Of a DNA stretch of 64,000 nucleotides, positions 1 through 12,237 are shown in pieces (within the stretch, counting starts at the first letter, position 1; each line of letters opens with the position of its first letter). The DNA is from Octopus sinensis. Lineage: Eukaryota. The translations under genes and the position numbers were made by a program. Under the pieces are notes generated by a model. It did not search any database and had not been told where the DNA came from. It saw only the letters and a list, made by a program, of their open reading frames with translations. Where the stretch lies: NCBI RefSeq assembly GCF_006345805.1, contig NC_043015.1:33976001-34040000 (forward strand). Direction: 5' to 3'.

Positions 1-164
1 ATACTGCTATGCATTTCACTTGGTGTGCTAATGATTCTGCCAGCTCGCTGCCTTTAACTGTCACAATATAGAAACATTTCTCATGGTACCAGCACACAAT
101 TTACAGATGCTTACATATTTTATAGTTTCTGTGAATTTTTCATGGGTCCAGCTGGTATGTAAGC

Positions 165-1215
165 AAACTACATCCCCACGAACTGTTGTTGGCACAAGGA
201 TTCATCATGTAGCCCAAATGATGAGCAAGACCTTACAGCTGTTGTATACCACAAAGGACAACAATATTGTTTCCTTGCTGCAATTATATATGCTGACCAA
301 TGTGTTCTGGAAGATCAACAATCGGATGAACGAGAGGCTGGATTTGCTTGATATCTCTGAAGCGGGAAAGAAGTAAACAAAGGGTTACCGTGGCATGTTT
401 GATCACGAATACTTTGTTGAATGGATGAGACAGGTACTGCAGTCTTTGAAAGGGAGAAATATATTCAATGCAATTATCATGATGGACAAATGCCAAGTAC
501 CATAAAAACTGAAAATACACTGGGAAAGAGTGACAAGAAAGCAATGTTACAAGAAGCATGTACAAAATATGGAATTGGTTTTGAAGACAATGGCACAAAG
601 GCTATGTTATGGGATAAACTGCATCTGTATATCCAAAATAATGTAATACCTGTAATTTCAAGAATGGCTCAAGATGAAGGACATGGAGTAAATATTTTCA
701 CCACCTCATTACTCAGATTTGCAACTAACTGTGACTGTCTGGGCTGTTGTAAAAGGAGAGGATGGTAGGCAGTACACAATTGACATTACGTTCAAAGATG
801 TACTTCAACATTAGAAAGGTACTTTTAATCATCTGAAAGCAAATACTGTTCAAGGATGCATCAATAAAGCAAATAGGAATCTGAAAAGACTATGGGAATA
901 CATCAAGTCTATGGGAGATGCTGATGATGAAAATGGAGATGATTGAAATGAGGATATGGGTTCTAGTGGCCCTTCTGATGACAAGCAAAGCATTGCTGAG
1001 GACTCTGATAATGATGATTAGAAATATATCTGACTTTTCTTTTACTTTATTTTTCTAGCAAATGGTCAAAATATTGTATTAATTCATGATCATACCTTTG
1101 CCAGAATTATGCTATCGAAAACCCGTTGGTTTTAGGCATATCATGCAACATCAGAGGCTGTTTTAAAGTTTTTTAACAAGTTTCATTAGTACCCACGATG
1201 CTGGTGCAGACTGTA
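165..1215 (+). mobile_element. Decayed IS630-Tc1-mariner transposon, Sailor/DD82E-like; transposase pseudogene plus right terminus
   Basis: Manual translation across frameshifts gives NYIPTNCCWHKDSSCSPNDEQDL..YHKGQQYCFLAAI (170-290), GYRGMFDHEYFVEWM..NAIIMMD/NAKYHK (383-505) and EGHGV/IFSPPHYSDLQLTVTVWAVVKGEDGRQY..TVQGCINKAN (676-880), then an acidic tail to TAG at 1019-1021. The second D (485) and the decayed E position (731) are about 82 codons apart. The element ends GCAGACTG followed by TA at 1214-1215, a Tc1/mariner-type end. Confidence 0.8.
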
Positions 1216-2639
1216 AGAACTATGTCTCATTTACTGAACAAATTAGTAAATATATAGTATTTTTCTGGGTTTTTTTTTTTAGTTATAATAGGTTAAATAT
1301 AAAACTATCTTCTAGTGTATTTTTTGCTTTTGTGTTCAAAGTACACCAAAATATTTTTCTATTTACTCTAAAGTGTGCCATAAGGAAAAAACTTTTTGAG
1401 AACTCCACCTTACAGTCATGAAAAATGAAACCAATATTTTTTATTGCATTGGTAGGTATATTCCCAGATACCACAGCCATGTTAGCCATCACTTGCAATC
1501 AACTATTATTTGGTAGGAAGTACCATTCTTTTGCTAATTATTTTAGTTGCTTGTGAAGTTATAAAGCAGACTTAGCATTTCAGCTCTCCCTCTCTTGACG
1601 AAACAGGACATCCAAGTTGTGGAAGCTGGAATGAAAGAGAGCAGCACCAGTCCCTGGCTAGTAATCATTTCACTTGGAACGAAGTACTTTACTGAAGAAC
1701 ATGTTGCCCTGTCCCTGCCCACAGATCAAACTCAAGACCTTGTGATTATTAGCCCAACACCCTAATTACACACCTTCACTTTCCCAGATACATTGTGTCT
1801 GAATAAAAGACTGCCTGGCAACTATATGCTTTATTCCTGACCCTCATACAGCCGTTGTTAAATGCAAAACCTATACCTATTCTAGAGAGCCACTCTACAA
1901 CAAATCTTATTTTACCTTTCTTCCCTTCCATCATGAGATCTTCTGTAAACTATTTGTAAACATGTTAAATTTAGAAAGAACAACCTACTCAAGATTCGGT
2001 GAAGCGTTGCCATAGAAACTCTGCTAAATATATATAAATGCATGTGGTTTGTGTTATTTTTAAAATATTTGCCACATCGGAATCTGGCATAATATATTAA
2101 TTAAGGAGACATTCAGGTTTAGCTTTAGACCATAATTTGTCAAGTGTCATTAGGTATATTATTTTGCATCCAACAACCTGGAAAAGCTCTCCTTAAATTA
2201 TTCATCTGATTACATCTGTTGCAGTTGAAACTTGCCAATTTTCTTGCCTGTTTTTTTTTTTCCATTCCATCAAACCATCAATAATCCTGGAGTATTCTTA
2301 AACAAAAATATTTAGATTCTCTTGACAGAGTCTCTTTGGAAACATCTATTAATTTGAGAACGCATCACTATTCTTTGTTGCTTCGTCATTTCCTTAGACC
2401 TGATGCTCCTAGTAATTGCAAGGCTGATATTGCATCGGTTTAAACTAGTTCAACTCCCTAATACACCAGGCAATCACACATTATGTGTATATGTATATGT
2501 ATGTGTGTGTATATTATGCATGGGTATATATATAATGCATATGAATATATTTGCAATATGTATGTGAAGATATGTGCATATCTGTGCGTATATATGCACA
2601 TACACACACACACACATGAAGAGAAGTAAAAAATTATCA

Positions 2640-3000
2640 GCACTTTAACCATAACATACCTTTATTATTGTTGCACTGCCTTCTGCGCATGTGTGCTTAT
2701 AGTTGGTACTATTGTGGTCACGTGATTGAAGTTTGAACTTGATTGAGCCATTTTTGTCTTTCTGGCTTTACAGTCTAAGCATGGCCAATCCACTTGCAAT
2801 GGGCACCAAAGAAGAACAAAGAGCAGAGATCTGATTTCTTTGGTTCAAAGATGTGTCAGGTGCTGAAATTCATTGGAGGCTTTTAGTGCAGTACCACATA
2901 GAAGTGTGTATGAGTGGATTAAGAAGTTTAAAAGTGGCCAGGCAAGCGTGATGCACAAAGGGGGAATAGGATTCCCGTCAACCTCCACCACTGATGAGAA
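2640..3000 (+). mobile_element. Mariner transposon 5' fragment (transposase N-terminal HTH region, decayed)
   Basis: From ATG 2781: MANPLAMGTKEEQRAEI*FLWFKDVSGAEIHWRLLVQY/HRSVYEWIKKFKSGQASVMHKGGIGFPSTSTTDEN. This matches the mariner N-terminal pattern EQRAVIxFL..AEIHxRL..VYEWxxKFKxGxxSV..GRPSTS. Truncated at about 3000. Confidence 0.8.
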
Positions 3001-4029
3001 CCTTCTATTTATCTTTCCCTGCTAATTTAAAAAAAAGCACACCTCCATTTCCACTGCACTCTCCACTCTGCTTCAACCATCCTACCCATACTCTGTACTA
3101 CATCCTACCGCCTTATGCGTACCACCATTCATTCTGATCTCTCCAAAATACACACCATCGACTGCCCTCTCCATCTTGCTTTCTCCATCTTCTCCTCTCA
3201 GTCACCCTCCCATGCTAACACTACGTTACATAATTCATTTAAATCATCTCTTTCATCAATTTCTCACTCACACCAAACAACATAAACTCCACTCACTCCT
3301 CCATTCCATCACACCCGATGACACTACCCCCAACTCCTCTCCCTCCCTGATACGGATGTATGCCTGAAATTCTCGACACTTGAGTCACTCTGTTGTTTCT
3401 GCTAAATATTAATAAATGTGTGTGTGTGTTTGTCCCCCACCACTGCTTGGCAACTTGTGTTGGTGTGCCTACATTCCCATAACTTAGCAGTTTGGCAAAA
3501 GCAACTGACAGAATAAATACCAGGTTTTACAAAATAATAGTAAGTACTGTGGTTGATTCATTTGATTAATATTCTTCTAAGTGGTGCCCCAGCATGGCCA
3601 CAGTCTAATGATTGAAATAAGTTAAAAATCAGAAAAAAGATGAATGAAAGACCTTAAAATTAGCAGAAACTAAAGTTTTAATAAGGGAAAAGGGGAACAG
3701 GTTTAAATGGCCATTTGCAGAAATGGGTTTGGTAGAAATTCCTTAAAGTGTGCCCAGTGTAATCAATGGAAAGACAAAAGGTGTATTGGGACTGAAGGCC
3801 GGCTGACAGGAAAGTCCCATTTCATATGCACAAAGGGTGCAGTGGAACAGTAAGTACTAAAATAACTTAGGTTAGTTTAGATAAGATTAGGTTAATTTCA
3901 TTTCTTTGGACTAAGGTGGGTGAGCAGGCAGAATCATTAGCACACTGGACATAATGTTTAGCAGCATTTTGTTTGTCTTTACTTTATGAGTTCAAATTCT
4001 GCCAGGATGTTTTTTGCTTTTCATCCTTT

Positions 4030-4175
4030 CAGGCAGGGCCAGCCCTAGGGTTGCTGGTGCTCCGGGCAAGTATAATTTTTAAAAACTTTCATGAGAGAAA
4101 AACTGAAAATGTAGACTAAAAAGCATAAGGTGCCCCGGGTGGCTACCTGAGTTGCCAGTGCCTTGAGCCAATATA
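4030..4175. mobile_element. Possible PIF/Harbinger-type MITE remnant inserted into a SINE
   Basis: GC-rich ends AGGGCCAGCCCTAGGG..GGTGCTCCGGGC and GGTGCCCCGGGTGG..GTGCCTTGAGCC surround an AT-rich core. It interrupts a family-B SINE that starts at about 3925. Confidence 0.4.
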
Positions 4176-5009
4176 TTCGTTTCAAGTTTTGGCACGAGGC
4201 CAGAAAATTTGGGGGAGGGATAGGTCAATTAGATTGATCCCAATGCTCAACTGGTACTTATTTTATTGACCCTGAAAGGGTGAAAGGCAAAGTGAACCTC
4301 GGCAGAATTTGAACTCAAAATGTAAGGACGGACAAAATGCCACTAGGTATTTTGCCTGGCATGCTAACGATTCTGCAAGGCTTGCCACCTTAAACAGACT
4401 AAATGTATTGATTTTAGAATTACAAAGATCGAAGTAGAATGTTTTAATAAGCTAGACAAACAAATAGATAAATAAAATCCAGAAAATTCTTCAAAAAACA
4501 CTGATTTAGTAAGGATTGGTCATGTGAAAGATCTTTCATTAAAATACTTTCTCTAGAAATGGCAGAAAGTAGTTTTAGTGAGGAAATCTCTTGTTCTCGG
4601 TTCCATATTTTGCTTCTTATTTCCAAACATTCATTATTTCAGTTGAGGATTGGACTCAATCATCACAGTTTGATGGACAGAAACTCATGAGCTAATAGAA
4701 AAAAAAACCAGAAACATCAAATTGGAATAAACACAGAGAAGAAAACACAGAGAAGAAAACACTTAATCCTCATTTCAAAATATTATCTCTGAACTTTTAT
4801 CATGGTGAAGAATCGGCAAATTTGGTTTCTGTCTTTTAGGAATTTGTAGTGTTATTTCTCTTAAGTACTTTGGATTTGCTTCTATTGAAGTTTTCCATAT
4901 TCATTGTTAAAACTCACTTTTCGTAATATTATCACTGGAATGTTTCCTCTTTGTTCTTGTGGCAATAAAATTGAATTAATGATTATTATGTTCTCAACAG
5001 TTTACTATG

Positions 5010-7550
5010 GTTATTATTACTTGATTTCACTCACGTTTCTATTCATTCCTCATAGAATTTATGTGGGTAGCATGTTACTACACGTAACCTCAGATGTCCG
5101 CAAGCTTTCATTAATCTTCCAAGTGTTCAAAACCCTTCTCATAATCTTTCCTGTCCCTAAGAGGCAAACATTCTGTAGAAGCTCCACAGGACATTCTATT
5201 CTAACTACCATCAACCATTTATCTTTATCATTATTCCTAATGCACCAATTATTACAGGCACAACTTTTACAGTTTTCAGATTCCAAATTCTCACAATTCC
5301 AAATTTTAAGGGATTATATTTTTTTATTTTTTCATCTTCTTCTTCTATAATCTTGGACTCAAAAGGACATGATGGGTGGATTAGTAAGTAATTTTGATTT
5401 TTCTTTTCTATTGTTGTTATATCTGGTTTATTATTTTCTAGCTTCTTATCCATTCAAATGGAAAAATCCCATAAAATCTTACATTTTTCCAACTCAAGAA
5501 CTCTTTTGACCTGTCAATCATACCAAGTACTTTCAGCTCCAAATCTCCATTTTTGACAAAGTTTTCAGTTCAAAACTTTCTCAACTTGGTTATGCCTCCA
5601 TTCTCCCTGAGCCAACTTGGGACATTCTGTGACAATGTGTGCCATTGTTTCATCTCAAATTCCACACATTACATACTGCTAACATCTTCTCTCCATACAC
5701 ATATTTTCTCAAGTTGTTTGCTTTTAATGCTTGATCTTCAGCTGCTATAATAAGGATCTCTGTTTCTTTTTTTAAATCAAGCCCAGATTTTTGTTCCACA
5801 TACATCCTCAGTGGCTTTCCAAAACGGACCATGCACAGGTTTCTCTCCAATCTGTTTAACATGCTCTTTTTGAATTTCACTCTTGTCCTTTTCTCCTATT
5901 CCACACTTGATCACTTGTTCTTTATTCACTGCCTTTAGTAATTTCTCTGTGATGTTCTGTAAATATGCTAGTAGGCTTTTTCTTTCCACCTGCACACACT
6001 CTTCTACAGCAATTAAGCCTCTTTTAAGCTGGTCTCTCTTCAAGTCTCTAACTAACTAATATCAGCTTTTGCATGGTGAGCTCCATATCTTGTCAATAGC
6101 TTTCTAGTTCTAACAAGTTTTTGTATGGCATTTTTTTTCCAGTTTTACAGATGCAAATTATCCCTCCACCTGTGTTAGTCATTCTGCACTTTCTTTATGT
6201 CTTACTGGCCTGCTCCAAAGTTCTCCCCAAAATGCTTTAATTTCTCCTATATCAGGAATCACTTTCTGATGTTCCTCAAACGATGCTTTCTATTTGAGTG
6301 AAGCAATCTATTCTGTTCAAAACCTTTGCATCTAGCATTGTGTCTTTTCAATTTAGCCTTTAATGCTGTCACCCTTTGTGGAAATTCTTCATCTACAGTT
6401 TGTTTTCCTCTTTCTTCTTTGTCCATTTAATTTTCTGATTGCTTTCTCATTCTGAGTTCTTTCATCATCCTATTCAATTGCTTCAGTTCTTTCCTTGTCT
6501 TTTCCGACTTCATTTGTTTCCTCTTCCTCCAGTTTGGTTCTTTCTTTCCCTTTTTTTTTTCAATAATCTTCTATCCTATTATGGCAGCTATATTAGCAGC
6601 AGTTCTGATTAGCTTCACTGTTCTCTGTTTTAACCAAGCTCAAAACACAATTTACTTTGACTCTAGCTCTTCCTATTTTCCCATACACCTTACATTTGGT
6701 GGCACTGCATTGTTTCTGCCACATATTTTACCTTGCACCATTTCTAGCATCTTCTTCTCTTCACCATTCAAGTCTCCTGCAACATTTACTCTCACCTGTC
6801 CACCTAGGTTGTCTTCACCCTTTACTTCATCAGCATTCTCAAGCATTTACCTGATTTCCTCCTTTTCTTCATCTCTCACCCCTTCATTGTCACTTTCCCG
6901 TTTGTTCGTTCTTCCTGTTCATTTTTCATTCTCTGAAATCCTTCAACCTCTAATCCTATAATCCAATCCTTTATATGAATTGCCCTTGCCTGCTCAATCA
7001 ATCATTGGCTGGAATCTTCAAAGACTCCTTTTTCATTCCCATATTTTCTTCCTTCATTTCAAGAAACCTCTTTTACTTGGCTCACTTCTCAGCCAATATT
7101 CAATCACGATCTTTCCCATTTCATTTTCCTCCCTCTGCATTTCTAACTTCAATTTTGGTCCCGATTGATCAATGGCTTGATGACGACCTGCCAGAGCTTG
7201 ATCAGACACTCCTTGCCTGTTGTGTGCAACACTTTCCCTGTTGATAGTTCCAGTCCCGTTAACCCAGTTGTGATTATAACTTGAATGTGACATCACTAAT
7301 TTTAAGGTAGCATTTAAAAGGTTGTGCAATCAACAGTATTTTTATTGTAACACCATTACCAGGTGGGTTGCCAACCAAGCCCCAGAGAGTCCACACTTAC
7401 CCTCATATACACTGTTGGATGGCCGTTGACACCCATCAATCATCGATCCTTTGATGGGTCTTGTTTTGCTTCCTGCAGCGTCTCCAACTACCACCCTTCT
7501 CACCAAGCAAGCTTGGTAAATTTGCCAGTTTAGTCACCATCAACCTGACC
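5010..7550 (-). mobile_element. R4/Dong-clade non-LTR retrotransposon (RLE endonuclease), decayed, RT domain deleted
   Basis: Minus-strand remnants in the expected order: SEPSKRGFLK..IEQARAI (about 7100-6960); AFWGELWSRP..SAE*L (about 6240-6180); RTRKLLTRYGAHHAKADI; KETEILIIAAEDQAL; zinc-knuckle ETMAHIVTECPKLAQGEWRHNQV; RLE KILWDF..NNKPDI..EKIKKY..VVPVIIGALG; LLQNVCLLGTGKIMRRVL; short (TAA)n-like tail near 5010-5020. Confidence 0.85.
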
Positions 7551-8763
7551 CTTAGTATATTTATTTAAAACCTAATTCCAATATGCATTCACCAACATCA
7601 GAAGCTCACGAGATATTCCCTTCAAACCAATGAAATAAGAGAAATACAAAATATACAACTATGGTCCCCCTCCTTGCTATTTCTCACCACCACTGCTTAG
7701 TCGAACAATTTATCTGAATATTCTTTAACAATATTATTATTATTCTAGTTATGTTATTATTATTATTATAGTTATATTATTATTATTCTAGTTATTATTA
7801 TTATTATTATTATTCTAGTTATATTATTATCACTCACCACAACTACTATCACTGTCATTATTACTACTTTTACTAACACTACTATTTTTACTATCATTTC
7901 ATTACCAGTTTCACCATTACTATCACTATGACTATTTAGTCATAATCTTTAGCACAGTCTTTATCAAGATTTCTGGTGTAGATGGCAGGGGTGGGTGCAT
8001 TACTGAAACAAGCAGGTTTTCAGTGTTGCAGATACAAATAAAACACAAGAGAAATTTAAAGTGAAATTTGTTGAAAAAGAGAAAACAAATTAAAAAACGT
8101 ATTTGTACTGATATTCTACATCTAAAAGAAGTAAACAAATGATTTTAACTAACCTTTAAATTCCTGCATACGATTCCATTAGTACAAACTATGATCATAG
8201 GGCCAAGTGAAAGAGAAAAACGATGTATTATTATTTTTTTAATTCTCTTTGTTTTAGATTCTCAATCTTATGAAGATGCAGAGTAAATTCCATTAAGGTT
8301 TTGGAGAGAGAGAGAGAGAAGCTGAGAAAGAGAGAGTTTGTGTGTGTGTGTGTCTGCTTATGCGTGTGAGGCTTTAAATAACTACATTACAGCTATAATA
8401 AAATGGCTTTTATTGGTGTCACATCAGACACTTTAGTGCAGTATATTCTGAAAACTGAAATGTAAGAAGACACGAAGGTTTTGATGAAATAATTTGTTAA
8501 TTAGAGAAAATGAATCAGTTATTTCTATGTACTTCAGGAAGCTGTACATGTGTTACATGATAATATGAAGAGACAACAGAATCAGGGTATATACAACAAA
8601 ATCAGGGTATATACAATGAAATATTTTACTTCAGTATTTTCTTTGCTTGTTTTTAATAAATTAAAGCAGGAAGGGTCATTATCCACAGCCTCCGCAGCCC
8701 CTCTCCCTCCCACATTGGTGATGCTGATTTGAACATCTGTAGGGCAACATGGACATATAAATG

Positions 8764-9168
8764 CAGGCATGGCTGTGTGGTAAGAGGGTTGCTTCTCAAC
8801 CACATGGTTCTGGGTTCAGTCCCACTGTGTGGCACCTTAGGCAAGTGTCTGCTACTATAGCTTCAGGCCATCCAAAGTCTTGTGTGTGGATTTGGTAGAT
8901 GGAAACTGAAAGGGGCCCATCATATAGATATATGTGTGTGTGTGCGTACATGTGTGTGTCTTTGCGCCTGTGTTTGTCCCCCACAACAGCTTGACAACCA
9001 GCGTTGGTGTGTTTATGTCCCTGTAACTTAGTGAATAGGCAAAAGAGATCAAAAGAATAAGTACCAGGCTTAAAAAAATAACTGATGAGGTGAAGTCATT
9101 CAATTAAAAATTCTTCAGAGTGGTGCCCCAGCATTGCTGCCATCTAATGAGTGAAACAAGTAAAAGAT
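8764..9168 (+). mobile_element. SINE family A, full length
   Basis: Colinear with 56384-56769. Confidence 0.88.
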
Positions 9169-10000
9169 AGTTCCTCTAGTGGTTTGTAATTGTGTTTTAT
9201 TTGGTATTTAGGAGGTGAAACACTCTCTTGCAAAATGGAATATTCCATACCTCCAATCCTAACATGTGCAAACCTCTTACTTTCTCTTTCCCTTCTGTGT
9301 ATACATAACACTTAGTTTCTTTTGCAGCAACTTAGTATTGCTCTCTGCTGACATCTTTCCTTTCATTTTTCCATATTTATCTTTTACTTTTGTGACTGTG
9401 TACATAATAGCGTCTCACATGACATCTAGTTGAGACCCTGCGCTAGTCACAGATCTGGTTTACCTCTATGTTATATATCACCATCTCCTTCAACCTCCTG
9501 ACATAAATATCAACTGATATATTTCTGACTCTTGACAAGATGAGGGCTCTTTCAGCTTCAATGTCTTCTTTCTCCAAATTTGTTTTTGAGTTGGTCTTGC
9601 TCTTACTCTGAAGTCACTACTCACTAATCTATATTGGGTGATACATTTTTCACCATGAAAGGACTTAGTATTTGCAGTACCGTGTCTTTTCATTCAATGT
9701 CACTTTGTCAAATGTCTTTTTGTCCACGTCATTTGGTCAGTATTTTAGTCAGATGATTTTTTTGTTCAACAACTTTTTGTCCAATTTTAAATAAACTCTT
9801 TAGAAAACAAGGTGAAATATCTCTAATGATATATTCACACAACTATAACGAGCCTCGTTATAGGATTGTTATTATCATTCTTTTCCCTTCTCTGTTAACA
9901 GTTTTACTTTCTGTTTTTCCTTCTCTCTCTCTTAAGTATGGTGCTGTGTACAGAGAGTGCTGCAAATTTAGTCTATACATTTTTAATTACTCATCCCGAA

Positions 10001-10325
10001 ATGACAAAGTTCATAGTATCGACCAAAAACAAAAGAAACGTAGTTGATGAAAGTAATTACATCCACGATTTTCATTCAAGCAAAACAAAACTAGGAAAAG
10101 AATACGGGAGATGTGAGTAAAGAAGGCTGTTTTCAGTGCAAAATCACACGGAAACGGAGAAACAATGAGCCGAAATTTATTTCGTTTTCTAGTGAGCATC
10201 TTCATCCAGCGGATGTAGATTCGTTAAATGCGAGAAAAGCAGTTGCAGAAATAAAGCATGAAGCGGTGGAAAACATAGCAGCAAGTTCGCATAGTATAAT
10301 AGCGGCTAAGTTTACGCATTGTTGT
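10001..10325 (+). pseudogene. FLYWCH zinc-finger N-terminus of a MULE-type transposase, frameshifted and truncated
   Basis: MTKFIVSTKNKRNVVDESNYIHDFHSSKTKLGKEYGRCE/SKEGCFQCKIT..FSSEHLHPADVDSLNARKAVAEIKHEA fits the FLYWCH pattern (YWRC..C..HxH). It ends where the RTE tail begins at 10341. Confidence 0.6.
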
Positions 10326-10340
10326 GATGGTGGCATGAAA

Positions 10341-12237
10341 ATCATCATCATCGTCGTTTAACGTCCGTTCTCCATGCTAGCATGGGTTGGACGGTTCGAC
10401 CGGGGTTCTGGGAAGCCAGAAGGCTGCACCAGGCTCCAGTCTAATTTGGCAATGTTTCTACAGCTGGATGCCCTTCCTAACGCCAACCACTCCGTGAGTG
10501 TAGTGGGTGCTTTTTACGTGCCACCTGCACAGGTGCCAGGCGGGGCTGGCAACGGCCACGGTCAGATTGGTGTATTTTATGTGCCACCGGCACGGAAGCC
10601 AGTCTAGGCGGTGCTGGCATCGGCTACGAGTCGGATAGTGCTTTTTACGTACCACCAGACCAGGGATCCTGGCTGGTTCAATTCGATTTCGATTTCGCTT
10701 GCCCCAACATGTCTTCACAAGCAAAGGGGGTTGGCAAGGGTGCCTGTCGTACGGTCGCATTGGAGTATTTTACGTACCACGGCCACGAGTCGGATAGTGC
10801 TTTTTACGTACCACCAGACCAGGGATCCTGGCTGGTTCAATTCGATTTCGATTTCGATTTCGCTTGCCCCAACATGTCTTCACAAGCAAAGGGGGTTGGC
10901 ATGGGTGCCTGTCGTACGGTCGCATTGGAGTATTTTACGTGCCACGGCCCCGAGTCGGATAGTGCTTTTTACGTACCACCAGGCCAGGGATCCTGGCTGG
11001 TTCAATTCGGTTTCGATTTCGATTTCGATTTCGATTTCGCTTGCCCCAACATGTCTTCGCAAGCATGGGGGGTTGGGATGGGTGTCTGTCGTCGGATGAG
11101 GTTCTATATCGACTTCGCTTGCCTCAACCGGTCTTTGTGTCCAAGGGAGGAAAGGCATTCATAAGTGGGCTGGGCTCACTTGTCCTGCCTGGTCTTCTCA
11201 CGTACAGAATATTTCCAAAGGTCTCGGTCTCTGGTCATTTCCTCAGTGAGGCCTAAAGTTCGAAGGTCGTGCTTCACCACCTCGTCCCAGGTTTTCCTGG
11301 GTCTACCTCTTCCACGGGTTCCCTCAACTGCTAGGGATTGGCACTTTCTCACACACCTATCTTCATCCATTCTCGCCACATGACCATACCAGCGCAATCG
11401 TCTCTCTTGCACACCACAACTGATGCTTCTTAGGTACAACATTTCTCTCAAGGTGCTAACGCTCTGTCGAGTATGTACACTGACATTACACATCCATCGG
11501 AGCATACTGGCTTCATTCCTCACGAGCTTACGCATGTCCTCAGCAGTCACAGCCCATGTTTCGCTGCCATGTAGCATGGCTGTTCGTACACACGCATCAT
11601 ACAGTCTGCCTTTTACTCTGAGCGAGAGGCCTTTAGTCACCAGCAGAGGTAAGAGCTCCCTAAACTTTGCCCAGGCTATTCTTATTCTAGCAGTTACACT
11701 TTCAGCGCACCCACCCCCACTACTGACTTGGTCACCTAGATAACGGAAGCTATCAACTACTTCTAGTTTTTCCCCCTGGAAAGTGACGGAAGTTGTTTTC
11801 TGCAGATTTTCGGAGGTTAATGCTCCCGAGCATCTGCCACATACAAAAACTATCTTCCCAGTTAGCCTACCTTTGACATTGCTGCACCTCTTATGTGTCC
11901 ATAGCTTACACTGGGTACATCTTATAGAGTTTCTACCTACACCTTTTCTACAGATCGAGCAGGGCCATCTTCCTGAAGATATTTGTGGATTGTCTACCTT
12001 TCTACTTATTAGTACTTTGGTTTTAGCTAGGTTGACTCTAAGGCCCCTTGATTCTAAACCCTCCTCCACACCTGGAACTTCTCCTCCAGTTCTGATAGTG
12101 ACTCAGCAATAAGAGCAAGGTCGTCAGCGTAGAGGAGCTCCCAGGGACAGCCTGTCTTGAATTCCTCCGTAATTGCCTGGAGTACTATGATAAATAGGAG
12201 GGGGCTGAGTACTGAACCCTGGTGGACCCCAACCTTA
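10341..12237 (-). mobile_element. 5'-truncated RTE-clade LINE (RT C-terminal half, PHD finger insert, long 3' UTR, (GAT)n tail)
   Basis: VGVHQGSVLSPLLFIIV..WELLYADDLAL (YADD at 12120-12131), then a 1-nt frameshift near 12065 into ORF 11176-12069 containing GLRVNLAKTK, LEVVDSFRYLG, AMLHGSETW, RRLRWYGHV and GRGRPRKTW. The minus strand ends in GACGATGATGATGAT at 10341-10355. Confidence 0.95.
10622..11060. repeat. Tandem repeat of three ~160-bp units in the RTE 3' UTR, each with an internal TTCGAT hexamer array
   Basis: Units start at 10622, 10781 and 10946 (periods 159 and 165). The internal TTCG(A/G/C)T copy number is 3, 4 and 6. Confidence 0.95.

Noticed and set aside
8237-8590. Plus-strand exon-like pieces (DSQSYEDAE; EAVHVLHDNMKRQQNQG)
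   Set aside because: They are short, the donors are weak, and they could not be chained to other exons.
10622-11060. Repeat array superficially like CRISPR
   Set aside because: The units are contiguous with no unique spacers, the context is a eukaryotic LINE, and there are no cas genes.
10611-11164. Overlapping 92-162 aa ORFs with internal repeats (ISISIS / FDFDFD / EIEIEI)
   Set aside because: They are by-products of the tandem repeat in the RTE 3' UTR.
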